A stretch of 63,701 nt of DNA, filler included, from Octopus bimaculoides (Eukaryota): the NCBI RefSeq assembly GCF_001194135.2. It is 10 parts of 8 records of this genome, joined end to end, with 100 filler letters (N's around TTAATTAATTAA, not from the genome) between each part and the next. Parts side by side here need not be neighbours in the genome. Positions count along the whole stretch, not along the records: positions 21,125 to 25,389 come from NW_026439423.1; positions 25,490 to 28,395 come from NC_068985.1; positions 28,496 to 42,597 come from NC_069002.1; 7 more parts are not named here. One strand, 5' to 3'. Below the pieces are notes generated by a model, which saw only the letters and a list, made by a program, of their open reading frames with translations, was not told the DNA's origin and made no database searches. Made by a program: the position numbers and the translations under genes. Every line of letters begins with the position of its first letter. Positions within the stretch are counted from its first letter, which is position 1. Below, one piece after another: positions 23,296 through 34,857 of the stretch.

Positions 23296-23960
23296 TCATC
23301 ATCATCATCTTTTAATGTCCCTTCTTCCGTGCTGACATGAATTGGACAGCTTGACAAGAACAGACGATCCAGAGAGGGCTCTGCCAGATTCTATGTCTGC
23401 TTGGGCATGGTTTCTACAACTAGATGCCCTTCGCAATGCCAATCACTTAACAAAACGTACTGAGTGCTTTTTATATGGCACCAGCACCGGTGAGGTCGCC
23501 AAATAATTTGCAAGACAAGAGACCATCAACTGAGCGAGGTTTTCGATTGATTTCTATAGCTGGATGCCTTTCCTAACGCCAACAACCACTTTACAGAGTG
23601 TACTGGGTGCTTTTTATGTGGCACCAGCACTGACAGTAATGCTTTTTACATGACAACTTGTGGAAGAGGTAGACCCAGGAAGACATGGGATGAGTTGGCG
23701 AAATATGATCTTTAGATATTGAGTTTCAGTGAGGCAATGACAAGTGACCAACATTTTTTTGCAATTAAGTGACCCACATAGTCGTGGCCAGAGCTGGTGA
23801 CAAGTGCTGGTGGCACATAGACGACGCCAAGTATACTACATAGAGTGGTCGGCGTTAGGAAGGGCATCCAGCGGCAGAAACCAAATCAAAACAGACTGGA
23901 TCCTGGTGCAACTCTCCGGTGTGCCAATTCCAGTCAAACCGTCGAACCCAGTGTTTCTCA
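23296..23960. mobile_element. Composite RTE-related non-autonomous repeat fragments in opposite orientations
   Basis: (CAT)n then GCTGGATGCC.TTCCTAACGCCAAC twice; its reverse complement GGCGTTAGGAAGGGCATCCAGC at about 23850; RKTWDELAKYDL (RTE C-terminus-like) at about 23678. Confidence 0.55.
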
Positions 23961-24020
23961 AACATTTTTTGCCGATGGATTCTTTTGATTTCTATCTTAC
24001 TCCATAGCCATTCGATGTGT

Positions 24021-24345
24021 GTGAAGGCGCGTGGCTTAGTGGTTAGGGGCATTCGGCTCACAATAGTAAAGTCGTGAGTTCAATTCCCGGCAACGCGTTG
24101 TGTCTCTTGAGCAAGACACTTTATTTCACGTTGCTCCAGTCCACTCAGCTGGCAAAAATGAGTAGTACCTGTATTTCAAAGGGCCAGTCTTGTCACACTC
24201 TGTGTCATGCTGAATCTCCCTTAGAAGTATGTGAAGGGGTACACGTGTTCGTGGGGAGCTTAGCCACTTGCATCTTAATTTCACGAGCAGGCTGTTCCGT
24301 TGATCGGATCAACTGGGACCGTCGTCGTCGTAAGCGACGGATTGC
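24021..24345 (+). mobile_element. SINE family C, full length
   Basis: A box TGGCTTAGTGG, B box GAGTTCAATTCC, core TTGAGCAAGACACTTTATTTCACGTTGCTCCAGTCCACTCAGCTGG, tail GATCGGATCAACTGG..CGTCGTCGTAAGCGACGG. Confidence 0.9.
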
Positions 24346-25084
24346 TCCTTATTCGTTGTCTATGAAAAAGCATCCTACTGTAATTTCATAATTAGAAATT
24401 GTATTTAAAAATTGCTAAAATATTTTATGTATTATAGAAATATAACCGATTTATTGCAGATAAATTTTAACAGCAAAATCTTATTTGTACCCGCAAGGGC
24501 CTTATGAACCCCGGTTGCGAACCATTAGTCTAGACAAACATACGTTATGATTATTGCAGTAGTTTTATTAATTTGATTTAATTTAATTTAAATTAAATTG
24601 AATTAAATTTTATTTTATTTTATATTCCAATCTGCTAATACGAAACTTCGCGGCTAGAAATGCTTTAAAAACGTCTGCTAGCTCTGCATTATCGTTCTCC
24701 TTCTTGCGATACAAGAAATGGCGTCTCAGGAGAGGATGCACGGTCAGTAGCATTTCTCTGTCTTTTTACCCACCAATTCCCCCGCTTCTAACATCGATGC
24801 ACCCAATCTAATATGGCAGATACGATAAATAATTAATTTAATTGAATTTACACCAGTATTTTCCGTCCGGAATCGTGTTATTTCGTGTTTTGTTATTCCT
24901 GGCCAATATGGCCGCCACTGTCGCACTTTTACGTTTATTTGTATGAAAATGGTTAAAACTTGTATTTGTCTTTGTTTTCTGGTTTTATAAATGACTGAAT
25001 TTTTTTTCTTTTCTGTGGAATTTTTGCCCTGTTTCTTTCGTGTTTTTACTGTTATTTGTTTTGGATGCGATTCTTCATTGTTTG

Positions 25085-25118
<34 letters not shown>

Positions 25119-25537
25119 TTTTAGACATTAGCAACCTGTGTTTGTACGTTGTAATTGTATACGAACAAATGTTTTTGTTTAGCGACTAAACTTATATCAC
25201 ACTCAGGTGTGTATAAATATATATGTGTTTGTGTGTAAAGTATTAATAACTCCAGTTTTCAATGAATATATTTGGCATTCTTTCATTTGTTAACTCCAGT
25301 AACAACATACATACCTATGTGGGTGTGTTTTTAGATAGTTTCTGAGCTACCCGGCAAAATTGTTAATTATTAATTTTATTACTAATTGANNNNNNNNNNN
25401 NNNNNNNNNNNNNNNNNNNNNNNNNNNNNNNNNTTAATTAATTAANNNNNNNNNNNNNNNNNNNNNNNNNNNNNNNNNNNNNNNNNNNNCCCCACTTTTG
25501 TTTTTTTTCTGCTTTGTTTTCGACCCCCTCGAAAAGA

Positions 25538-25597
25538 AAAACTCTACATTTGTATTTTGTCCCCTCTGTGTTGAGCCCTGTGTGGCTAATAAAGAAA
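25538..25597 (+). mobile_element. Short 3' end of a non-LTR retroelement (AATAAA followed by (TATC)n)
   Basis: CTCTACATTTGTATTTTGTCCCCTCTGTGTTGAGCCCTGTGTGGCTAATAAAGAAA; homologous to 15592-15660. Confidence 0.55.
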
Positions 25598-25598
25598 C

Positions 25599-25666
<68 letters not shown>

Positions 25667-26469
25667 TTATGCGGTTCCTAATTCGTTTGTGGATAACTGT
25701 AGGAAAAAATATCCACCATCTTAAATGTAGCCACGCATGGTTGGTTAGTCGTTTAAGGTTGCAATCCGTTTTGTAACTTTCCCTGTTACATTTTGTCCAA
25801 CAATCTGATTTGGCCGTCTTATTCTTTTTCTCACACGTGTACACCGTCAGCAGCTTCTGCTCTCTCTCTCTCTCACTTTTTCTCTTCCTCTGTGTTTTTT
25901 CTGTCTTTCTCTCTCCCACATTTTGACCAATACACTTGTGTGTTAGTGCTGTGTATGCGACTACTTGTGTAGGTGTGTGTATGAGTGTATAAATGTATGT
26001 GAGCGTATGTGTATATGTTTGTATGTATGTGCGTGCGTATATGTGTGTGGAGAGATAAATAATTTGGCAAACCGACGGGTAGACAGAGATGTCATAAATG
26101 TGATTTAGGTTAAATTAAGAAATCTGCTTTCGTCATTGGTTTTAAACGAATTTCTAGCGAATAAGTGCTAGTCTTTGTATGACATTACTTTTATAAACAT
26201 AGAAAAACAACAACAACGTTAGCACAATAAAGCTATAGTTTTTACTCCAATTTCTTCGCCCTCGCTTTCATTTTTCTCATGAATTACTTTCTATGCGTAC
26301 AGCAAACCATAGTCTTTACTCTAGCTTGTATTTTTGTTATATATGAAACGTGCTAAAACGCTTGAGAGTCAAATCGCTTTGAAGTATACGAAATGACGCA
26401 ACTATGACGTGAGACATGTAAAGGTAACGTCATTCCCTTGAATTGCAGATAGCACAATATATACACCAC

Positions 26470-26943
26470 TCTTTACTCTTTTACTTGTTTCAGTCATTTG
26501 ACTGCGGCCATGCTGGAGCACTGCCTTTAGTCGAGCAAATCGACCCCAGGACTTATTCTTTGTAAGCCTAGTACTTATTCTGTCGTTTTCATTTGCCGAA
26601 CCGCTAAGTTACGGGGACGTCAACACACCAACATCAGTTGTCAAGCGATGCTGGTGGGACAAACACAGACACACAAACTTACACACACACACACACACAC
26701 ACACANNNNNNNNNNNNNNNNNNNNNNNNNNNNNNNNNNNNNNNNNNNNNNNNNNCACACATATATATATGTACATATATACGACGGGCTTCTTTCAGTT
26801 TCCGTCTACCAAATCCACTCACAAGGGTTTGGTCGGCCTGAGGCTATAGTAGAAGACACTTGCCCAAGGTGCCACGCAGTGGGAAAGAACCCAGAACCAT
26901 GTGGCTTGTAAGCAAGCTACTTACCACACAGCCACTCCTGCAC
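26470..26943 (-). mobile_element. SINE family A, full length (gap in the internal microsatellite)
   Basis: Complete reverse complement of the family A head and tail; (CA)n with N run at 26707-26755. Confidence 0.9.
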
Positions 26944-27077
26944 CTATGAGCATATTACCAAAATTTTTTGGGAAAGAAAATGCTTATTGTTATTTGAGAT
27001 TCAACACAAGGATTCGCTTCAAATTAGTTTTTGCCTGATAGTTAATGATAATTAATGAATAATCTTTTATATATTTT

Positions 27078-27860
27078 CTTTGACTGCGGTCATGCTGGGG
27101 CACTGCCTTGAATAATTTTTAGTCGAATGTATCAAACCCACTACTTATTTTGTTTCTAAAGCCTCGTATTTATTCTATCGGTTTCTTAGGCCGAACTGCC
27201 TAGTTGCTGGGGCGTGAATACACCAGGACTTATTGTCAAGCGGTAGAGGCAGGGGTGACAGACAGACACAAACACACATGTACATTGATATATATGCATA
27301 TATATATACAACGGGCTTCTTTCAGTTTCCGTCAACCAAATCCACTTACAAGACATTGGTCACCTCGCAGTTAAAGTAGATGTCACGCAGTGGGATTGAA
27401 TCCAGAACCATGTGGTTGGGACGCCAGCTTCTTACCACACAGCCACGCTTTCGCATATAATGATAATCCTTTCCACTATAGGTACAAGGCTCGAAATATT
27501 GCGGGAGGAGGCTAGTCGATTACATCGACCCCAGTACATAACTGCTACTTTTTTCATCGACCCCCAAGAGGATGAACGGCAAAGTCGACCTCTGCGGAAC
27601 TTGAACTCACAACGTAAGGATAAACGAAATGCCGCTAAGCATTTGTTCGGCGTATTAAGGGTTCTGCCAGCTCGTCGCCTTATAATTAATGAGTAATTAG
27701 TGATTAAGGATAATTGATGGATGAGAGGGGATTAATCGATTACATCGACTTCAGTGCTTGACAAGTACTTATTTCATCAACCCCAAGACGATGAACGAGA
27801 AAGCCGACCTCGGCGGAATTTGAACTCAGAAAGTAAAACCGGAAGAATTGCAACAAAACA
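27078..27860 (-). mobile_element. Cluster: SINE A (27078-27447) plus two SINE B copies (27470-27690, 27720-27860)
   Basis: Family A motif CGGGCTTCTTTCAGTTTCCGTC; family B reverse motifs GTCGATTACATCGACCCCAGT and AAAGTCGACCTC.GCGGAA.TTGAACTCA. Confidence 0.8.
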
Positions 27861-28343
27861 TTTTGTCCAATACGCCATTTTTCTTAACAATAATTAAAAC
27901 AAAGCGCTTTCTCACAAGATGTTTTGCGGTTGTTATCGTTGTTGTTGTTGTTGTTATTATTGTTGCTGTTGTTGTTGTTGTTCTTGCTGTTGTGGGAGCA
28001 TTTGCCTAGTTTCACGACCTGCTACAAATAGCAGCTAAATGACCCTAAAACGTTTGCTTAACGTATTAAATATGAATGAAAATATCGAAAATAACCATAT
28101 CAGTTTTTTTCTTTTATCTTTTATCTTTCATCTTTTCTTACTTGTTCCAGTCATTGGACAGCGGCCACGCTGGGGCAGTGCCTTAAAGAGTTTTTAATCG
28201 AGTATTTTGATCTCAGTAATTATTTTTTAAAAATATGTTATTTATTCTATTAGTCTCTTACGGAAACGTATGCATCAATTGTCACATACAAAAACACACG
28301 TACACACACAAACACACTCACAAAAATATATGTACATGTATGC

Positions 28344-28395
<52 letters not shown>

Positions 28396-28544
28396 NNNNN
28401 NNNNNNNNNNNNNNNNNNNNNNNNNNNNNNNNNNNNNNNTTAATTAATTAANNNNNNNNNNNNNNNNNNNNNNNNNNNNNNNNNNNNNNNNNNNNATATA
28501 TATATATATATATATATACATATACACACATATATATATATAGT

Positions 28545-28720
28545 TCAAACTGAAACAGAATGAAAGACGAAGCCAGGTGTGGGAAAAACAAGCAGGTGTA
28601 TTAGTTTTTAACGCTCGGCAAGAGTAGAAAGATCTTTGACGTTTCGAGCCTATGTCCTTCGACAGAAAGAATTGAGAGGGGAAAAATAAGAGAAAGAAAC
28701 AAATGTATAGGGATTAAGGG
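28545..28720 (-). mobile_element. Penelope-like terminal (pLTR-type) repeat, copy 1
   Basis: Homologous to 29972-30140 (GGTG..AAACAA..GGTGTATTAGTTT..ACGCTCGG..AGAAAG.TCTTT.ACGTTTCGAGC..CAGAAAGAA); contains a hammerhead-like motif. Confidence 0.6.
28633..28670 (-). ncRNA. Minimal type I hammerhead variant (CUGUCGA core), stem II decayed
   Basis: Minus strand TCTTT-CTGTCGA-A-GGAC(ATAG)GCTC-GAAA-CGT-C/AAAGA. Confidence 0.45.
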
Positions 28721-29073
28721 TTCAACGTACATATATATATATGTGTGCCTAAGTGATTATGAGCACATGGTGTGCGTATGTATGTGTGTATATGTGTGTG
28801 CGCGTGTGTTTGTGTGTGAGTGCGTGTGTAAAATAAGTACAAGGCTTAAAAAGACAATAAGTACAGGTTTGATTTTTCCGACTAAATCCTTGAAAACTGT
28901 GCTCCAGAATGGCCACTGTCCAATGGTTGAAACAAGTGAAAGAAAAGAGAAAAAGAATATATGGTCGAATATGTACGTGTAAGAAATAAACATACACACA
29001 GACACACACACATATATACAGGAAAATGTATGTATATTTGTACACTACCCCCCCCCCACATACGATATATGTA

Positions 29074-29116
<43 letters not shown>

Positions 29117-29971
29117 AAGCATATATAAACAAATGTATATACATATATATATATATAAACACACACACACACATATATATANNNNNNNNNNNNNNNNNNN
29201 NNNNNNNNNNNNNNNNNNNNNNNNNNNNNNNNNNNNNNNNNNNNNNNNNNNNNNNNNNNNNNNNNNNNNNNNNNNNNNNNNNNNNNNNNNNNNNNNNNNN
29301 NNNNNNNNNNNNNNNNNNNNNNNNNNNNNNNNNNNNNNNNNNNNNNNNNNNNNNNNNNNNNNNNNNNNNNNNNNNNNNNNNNNNNNNNNNNNNNNNNNNN
29401 NNNNNNNNNNNNNNNNNNNNNNNNNNNNNNNNNNNNNNNNNNNNNNNNNNNNNNNNNNNNNNNNNNNNNNNNNNNNNNNNNNNNNNNNNNNNNNNNNNNN
29501 NNNNNNNNNNNNNNNNNNNNNNNNNNNNNNNNNNNNNNNNNNNNNNNNNNNNNNNNNNNNNNNNNNNNNNNNNNNNNNNNNNNNNNNNNNNNNNNNNNNN
29601 NNNNNNNNNNNNNNNNNNNNNNNNNNNNNNNNNNNNNNNNNNNNNNNNNNNNNNNNNNNNNNNNNNNNNNNNNNNNNNNNNNNNNNNNNNNNNNNNNNNN
29701 NNNNNNNNNNNNNNNNNNNNNNNNNNNNNNNNNNNNNNNNNNNNNNNNNNNNNNNNNNNNNNNNNNNNNNNNNNNNNNNNNNNNNNNNNNNNNNNNNNNN
29801 NNNNNNNNNNNNNNNNNNNNNNNNNNNNNNNNNNNNNNNNNNNNNNNNNNNNNNNNNNNNNNNNNNNNNNNNNNNNNNNNNNNNNNNNNNNNNNNNNNNN
29901 NNNNNNNNNNNNNNNNNNNNNNNNNNNNNNNNNNNNNNNNNNNNNNNNNNNNNNNNNNNNNNNNNNNNNNN

Positions 29972-30140
29972 GGGAGAATGTACGAAAAAAAAACAACAAC
30001 GAACGAGGACAGGTGGTGTAAACAACAAAAGGATGTATTAGTTTGACCCTCGGGAATACAGAAAGTCTTTAACGTTTCGAGCTACGCTCTTCAACAGAAA
30101 GAATACGGAGAAAACAAGGAGAAAAACACGGAGAAAAAAA
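29972..30140 (-). mobile_element. Penelope-like terminal (pLTR-type) repeat, copy 2
   Basis: Lies 3' of and co-oriented with the PLE endonuclease fragment at 30195-30460; homologous to 28545-28720. Confidence 0.65.
30066..30102 (-). ncRNA. Minimal type I hammerhead variant (CUGUUGA core)
   Basis: Minus strand TCTTT-CTGTTGA-A-GAGC(GTA)GCTC-GAAA-CGT-T/AAAGA; perfect stems I and II, palindromic ACGT stem III. Confidence 0.6.
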
Positions 30141-30194
30141 AAATGAGAAAAAAAGTGGAAAAAAAAAAATATATATATATATTATAACAAAGGG

Positions 30195-30460
30195 TAAAAT
30201 TCATTAATGATTTTGTATTTGTGTTGTGTTGTGGTGATTGTGCATTTGTATATGATATTTTTTTGCACGCATTGGTTCCTGAGCGGACATGCAGATTTCC
30301 TGCGACAGCTGCAATTATTTGCCCTATTATTATTGTTGTAGTTATCTGGTGATATTTTGTTTTTGTTTTTCTGATGCTCCGGTTGATTAGTAGTGTCTGA
30401 AGTGTTTTTGATGTTATAGCCTGTTTGTTGATTCTTTTTTGAGTTCTTGGCCTTCAGTCT
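30195..30460 (-). pseudogene. Penelope-like element Cys-rich linker and start of GIY-YIG endonuclease
   Basis: Minus frame NNCSCRRKSACPLRNQCVQKNIIYKCTITTTQHKY (C-x-C..CPL..C..IIY); the YIG half is absent. Confidence 0.7.
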
Positions 30461-30877
30461 TACAACTAACTGGCATCCCGTTCAGTGCAAAATGTTGTGA
30501 TCTTGGTCACTAATACGCTATAGAAATGGAGCAACCGGCCTTAGAAATCCTAGGGCGCAACAGAAAGGGTTGTAGTATTGGGCTTTTTGAATTAAACGTT
30601 AGTGGAAAATTTACAATAACAATTTTCTAAGCTAACGAGTAAATTCTAAGGGATAATATGCTATACTGTTTCGGTGGAGAATATAAACACTTATAACCTA
30701 ATAAGATGGATATGGATACGTTAAGTGTGGAGTAAACATTCAGACAGCGACCTTTTATTTTATTATAATAATAGGTGATGCGTTTAATTTTCGGTCACAA
30801 ATTATTGGTTACATAGACATACACAAACACATATAAACACACATAGCCATGCATGTATATATATATATATATATATA

Positions 30878-30929
<52 letters not shown>

Positions 30930-30995
30930 GAGAGAGATACACGGAGGGAAATAGAAATATAGATACATGCATACATATGCGTGCGTATATGCATG

Positions 30996-31032
<37 letters not shown>

Positions 31033-31211
31033 NNNNNNNNNNNNNNNNNNNNNNNNNNNNNNNNNNNNNNNNNNNNNNNNNNNNNNNNNNNNNNNNNNNN
31101 NNNNNNNNNNNNNNNNNNNNNNNNNNNNNNNNNNNNNNNNNNNNNNNNNNNNNNNNNNNNNNNNNNNNNNNNNNNNNNNNNNNNNNNNNNNNNNNNNNNN
31201 NNNNNNNNNNN

Positions 31212-31256
<45 letters not shown>

Positions 31257-31561
31257 TATATATATATATATTCATGTGTGTGTGTGTGTTTGTGTGTAAG
31301 TGTGTGTACGAGTGTGTGTGTCTGCGTTTGTGTGTGTGTGTGTGTGTTTGCGTGTGTGTATGTGTTTCCTTTTATCCATGAAGTTCTCAAAGCATTTACT
31401 TTTAGTTTCTCTTGTATTGAAATTTACTCATGTGCAACCTCTTGAGATTTTCTGTATAATTGTAGAAACGTGCTCACACACACATAGACATACACACACA
31501 CACACGTACACGTACGCAAACACACGCACGTACACACATACATACATAGTGAGAGAGAGAG

Positions 31562-31601
<40 letters not shown>

Positions 31602-33451
31602 AGAGAGAGACTATTTTACGTATATCTTTAACAGCAAAAACATACATTGGAAGCGGTGAGAGGTCGAAAGCCATTTCCGTCACACATCCGCCCGATAATA
31701 CTTTTGTGGTCAAATCGTTTTAACTGAAGCACTAATCACATGTCATCGGTGAAACGTTTATTTACGATGGAACTAGTATATTTAATTTCAAAACCGTAAA
31801 ATCATCGTGTCTCTTGAATACGGTTCCTTTTGTATGAGTGGCCATTCCGTCAGGACCAATCTCCATTGAAATACGGAGCTAGTCTTATGAATTCCAGTTT
31901 ATGAATTATCAAAGCAAACCAAATCATCAAGAATTCGGTGTGAAATGCCACATCCAATCTCCCAACCCTCTGTCCCATCCCGCCATACCATCGATTCCGT
32001 CTATATTAGCATATGGGAAATTAATCAACTCACTTGTAGATTATTCGCCAGAGAACTAGCAATGCACACTAGTATACGCTTTCGTTGACGGCTGTCTTTC
32101 ACTTTAAATAGAAGATATATATGGTTGTATGTGAGTGCGTAAGCAAATGTATGTGTATGCGCTTGCGTATGTAAACGTATATACATACACATTCACAGGA
32201 GTACACACGCACACACGCACACTTACACATAGAGACACATATGTGTGTGTGTCTATACACATATATATATATACACACACACATGCACACACAAGCACAC
32301 ACACACACATGAATATATCTGTGTAAACATGCGCATACTTTTATGTCCCGTCACAACACGAAGTGATGTAGAAAGAAAACCGTCTGCAGATCATGCACAA
32401 AATTTCGCATACACATATGCACAGGCACACGTAGGATACGTAAGCAAGAATACAGCGTAATCTCCTTCACGTGTATGTGTATTATATATATATATATATA
32501 TATATGTATATCGATTTATATATCGATTGATTTATATATCAATTAATAATTAATTTTTGCGCCGCTCGAAAAGATCATGACCGTACGTGGGAAGTCAGAA
32601 CAGGTAGCAATGGCGTAATCCAACGTCATTCAATGACTAAATTAATTCATTAAATCTAATACAGCGTAATCCCTTTCGCGTCCATGTGTATTATATACAT
32701 ATATACTTATGTATTATATACATATATATATACTTACATACTTACATATATGTATATATATANNNNNNNNNNNNNNNNNNNNNNNNNNNNNNNNNNNNNN
32801 NNNNNNNNNNNNNNNNNNNNNNNNNNNNNNNNNNNNNNNNNNNNNNNNNNNNNNNNNNNNNNNNNNNNNNNNNNNNNNNNNNNNNNNNNNNNNNNNNNNN
32901 NNNNNNNNNNNNNNNNNNNNNNNNNNNNNNNNNNNNNNNNNNNNNNNNNNNNNNNNNNNNNNNNNNNNNNNNNNNNNNNNNNNNNNNNNNNNNNNNNNNN
33001 NNNNNNNNNNNNNNNNNNNNNNNNNNNNNNNNNNNNNNNNNNNNNNNNNNNNNNNNNNNNNNNNNNNNNNNNNNNNNNNNNNNNNNNNNNNNNNNNNNNN
33101 NNNNNNNNNNNNNNNNNNNNNNNNNNNNNNNNNNNNNNNNNNNNNNNNNNNNNNNNNNNNNNNNNNNNNNNNNNNNNNNNNNNNNNNNNNNNNNNNNNNN
33201 NNNNNNNNNNNNNNNNNNNNNNNNNNNNNNNNNNNNNNNNNNNNNNNNNNNNNNNNNNNNNNNNNNNNNNNNNNNNNNNNNNNNNNNNNNNNNNNNNNNN
33301 NNNNNNNNNNNNNNNNNNNNNNNNNNNNNNNNNNNNNNNNNNNNNNNNNNNNNNNNNNNNNNNNNNNNNNNNNNNNNNNNNNNNNNNNNNNNNNNNNNNN
33401 NNNNNNNNNNNNNNNNNNNNNNNNNNNNNNNNNNNNNNNNNNNNNNNNNNN

Positions 33452-33485
<34 letters not shown>

Positions 33486-33612
33486 GACGGGCTTCTTTCA
33501 GTTTCCGTCTACCAAATCCACTCACAAATCATTGATTGGTTCCGAGCTATAGTAAAAAGGTACTTCGTCAAGATAACATGCAGTAGGACTGAACCCGGAA
33601 CCACGTGGTTGA
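33486..33612 (-). mobile_element. SINE family A 5' half
   Basis: CGGGCTTCTTTCAGTTTCCGTCTACCAAATCCACTCACAA..GGACTGAACCCGGAACCACGTGG. Confidence 0.8.
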
Positions 33613-34104
33613 GAATGTATTTATTTATTTATAAAAATATACAAATGTATGTATATTTATGTATATGTGTATATGTGTGTGTATGTGTGTGTGTGTATGG
33701 GGGGGGTATAGATACATACATACATACCTATGGCTTCCGAAAGAAATTGTGCTTGATAGAATACGATTATTTTCGATAAGTCGGGGCGCCCCAATCTTCT
33801 TGTCCATTGATCGAACATTGAATCAATTCTCGATGGCCTTAAAATCGTTGATGAAACCCATTCAGTATAGACGGTGATTTAACGTGAAATATTAAAGTTG
33901 TGGTTTCGATAAAATATAAACGAAGAAGACAGCAACAGCTGAGTTATTATTCGCGCTTAATTGAACACGATGGCTAATCTTAAGCTATCAGAATACGTCC
34001 ACTGGTAAACTTTTGTAAATGCTTTATTCCCTGTCCAACAAATCGACCAGATAACAGCAACTTTAAAGCAGGCAACGATAAGCCTAATCAGCTAATGAAA
34101 TGGG

Positions 34105-34450
34105 TTTTCCTGGCTTTTTATCTGCAAAATTTCTAATAACTCGATCAAAATCAATTTCCAGAGCAACCGTTTAATCCAATATTCTGTCTTGCTAAATCAA
34201 CGATTCCTCGGGTTGACACACTGTAGACCTTAAAAACTCTGATCTGTTTGAGATAAGTAAAAGGCCTTTCTTTGCTACTGTAACTGCAACTGTCAACAAT
34301 ATTCTCAAACTAGCAACAATATTTGGATATATCTCAAAAGATTTGTAATCATTTAATAAATTTTGAAGGTATCAGTTCTGGTTTTTCAAAATTCGTTGGA
34401 TATATAAACAAAATAAATTGCATTTCTGTTTCAAAATCTTAATCATGAAC
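34105..34450 (-). pseudogene. hAT transposase C-terminal dimerisation domain fragment
   Basis: Minus strand FEIYPNIVASLRILLTVAVTVA..RSTV..EIDFDRVI..FADKK with frameshifts. Confidence 0.75.
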
Positions 34451-34524
34451 GTCAGTAAAATGTCGATGGGTTCATCCCCTTCAGTTTGATGCTGTCTCAC
34501 TTAAAATATTCTCTTTTATCTTTT

Positions 34525-34720
34525 ATTAGTTTCAGTGATTGGAAAGCGGCCATAAGGGAGCACCTCTTTGCAGAATTTCGTCGAATAAATCAACCTCAGT
34601 TCTTATATTTCTTTTTGTCTGATACATATTCTACCGGTCTCTTTTCCTAAACGGCTATGTTACAGGGACGTAAACAAAGCAACACCGACTGTCATGGAAA
34701 AATGGCGGACAAACACAAAC
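34525..34720 (-). mobile_element. SINE family A 3' half
   Basis: TTTCAGTGATTGGAAAGCGGCCAT..TTCTACCGGTCTCTTTT..GGGACGTAAACAAAGCAACACCG. Confidence 0.7.
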
Positions 34721-34822
34721 ACAAACACAAAGACACACACATACACATGCACACACACGCGCGCACACACACACATACATATTTAGTTGAAAGCAACAGT
34801 GTAGATGACTGTTGCATATGCA

Positions 34823-34853
<31 letters not shown>

Positions 34854-34857
<4 letters not shown>

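Noticed and set aside
21595-23335. Overlapping 100-239 aa L/S/F-rich hydrophobic ORFs
   Set aside because: The CT-rich strand cannot readily form stop codons; several frames are open simultaneously.
31635-31722. Plus-strand AKTYIGSGERSKAISVTHPPD resembling the end of a fibronectin type III domain after an AG
   Set aside because: No GT donor before the in-frame stop, and no other FN3 exon was found nearby.
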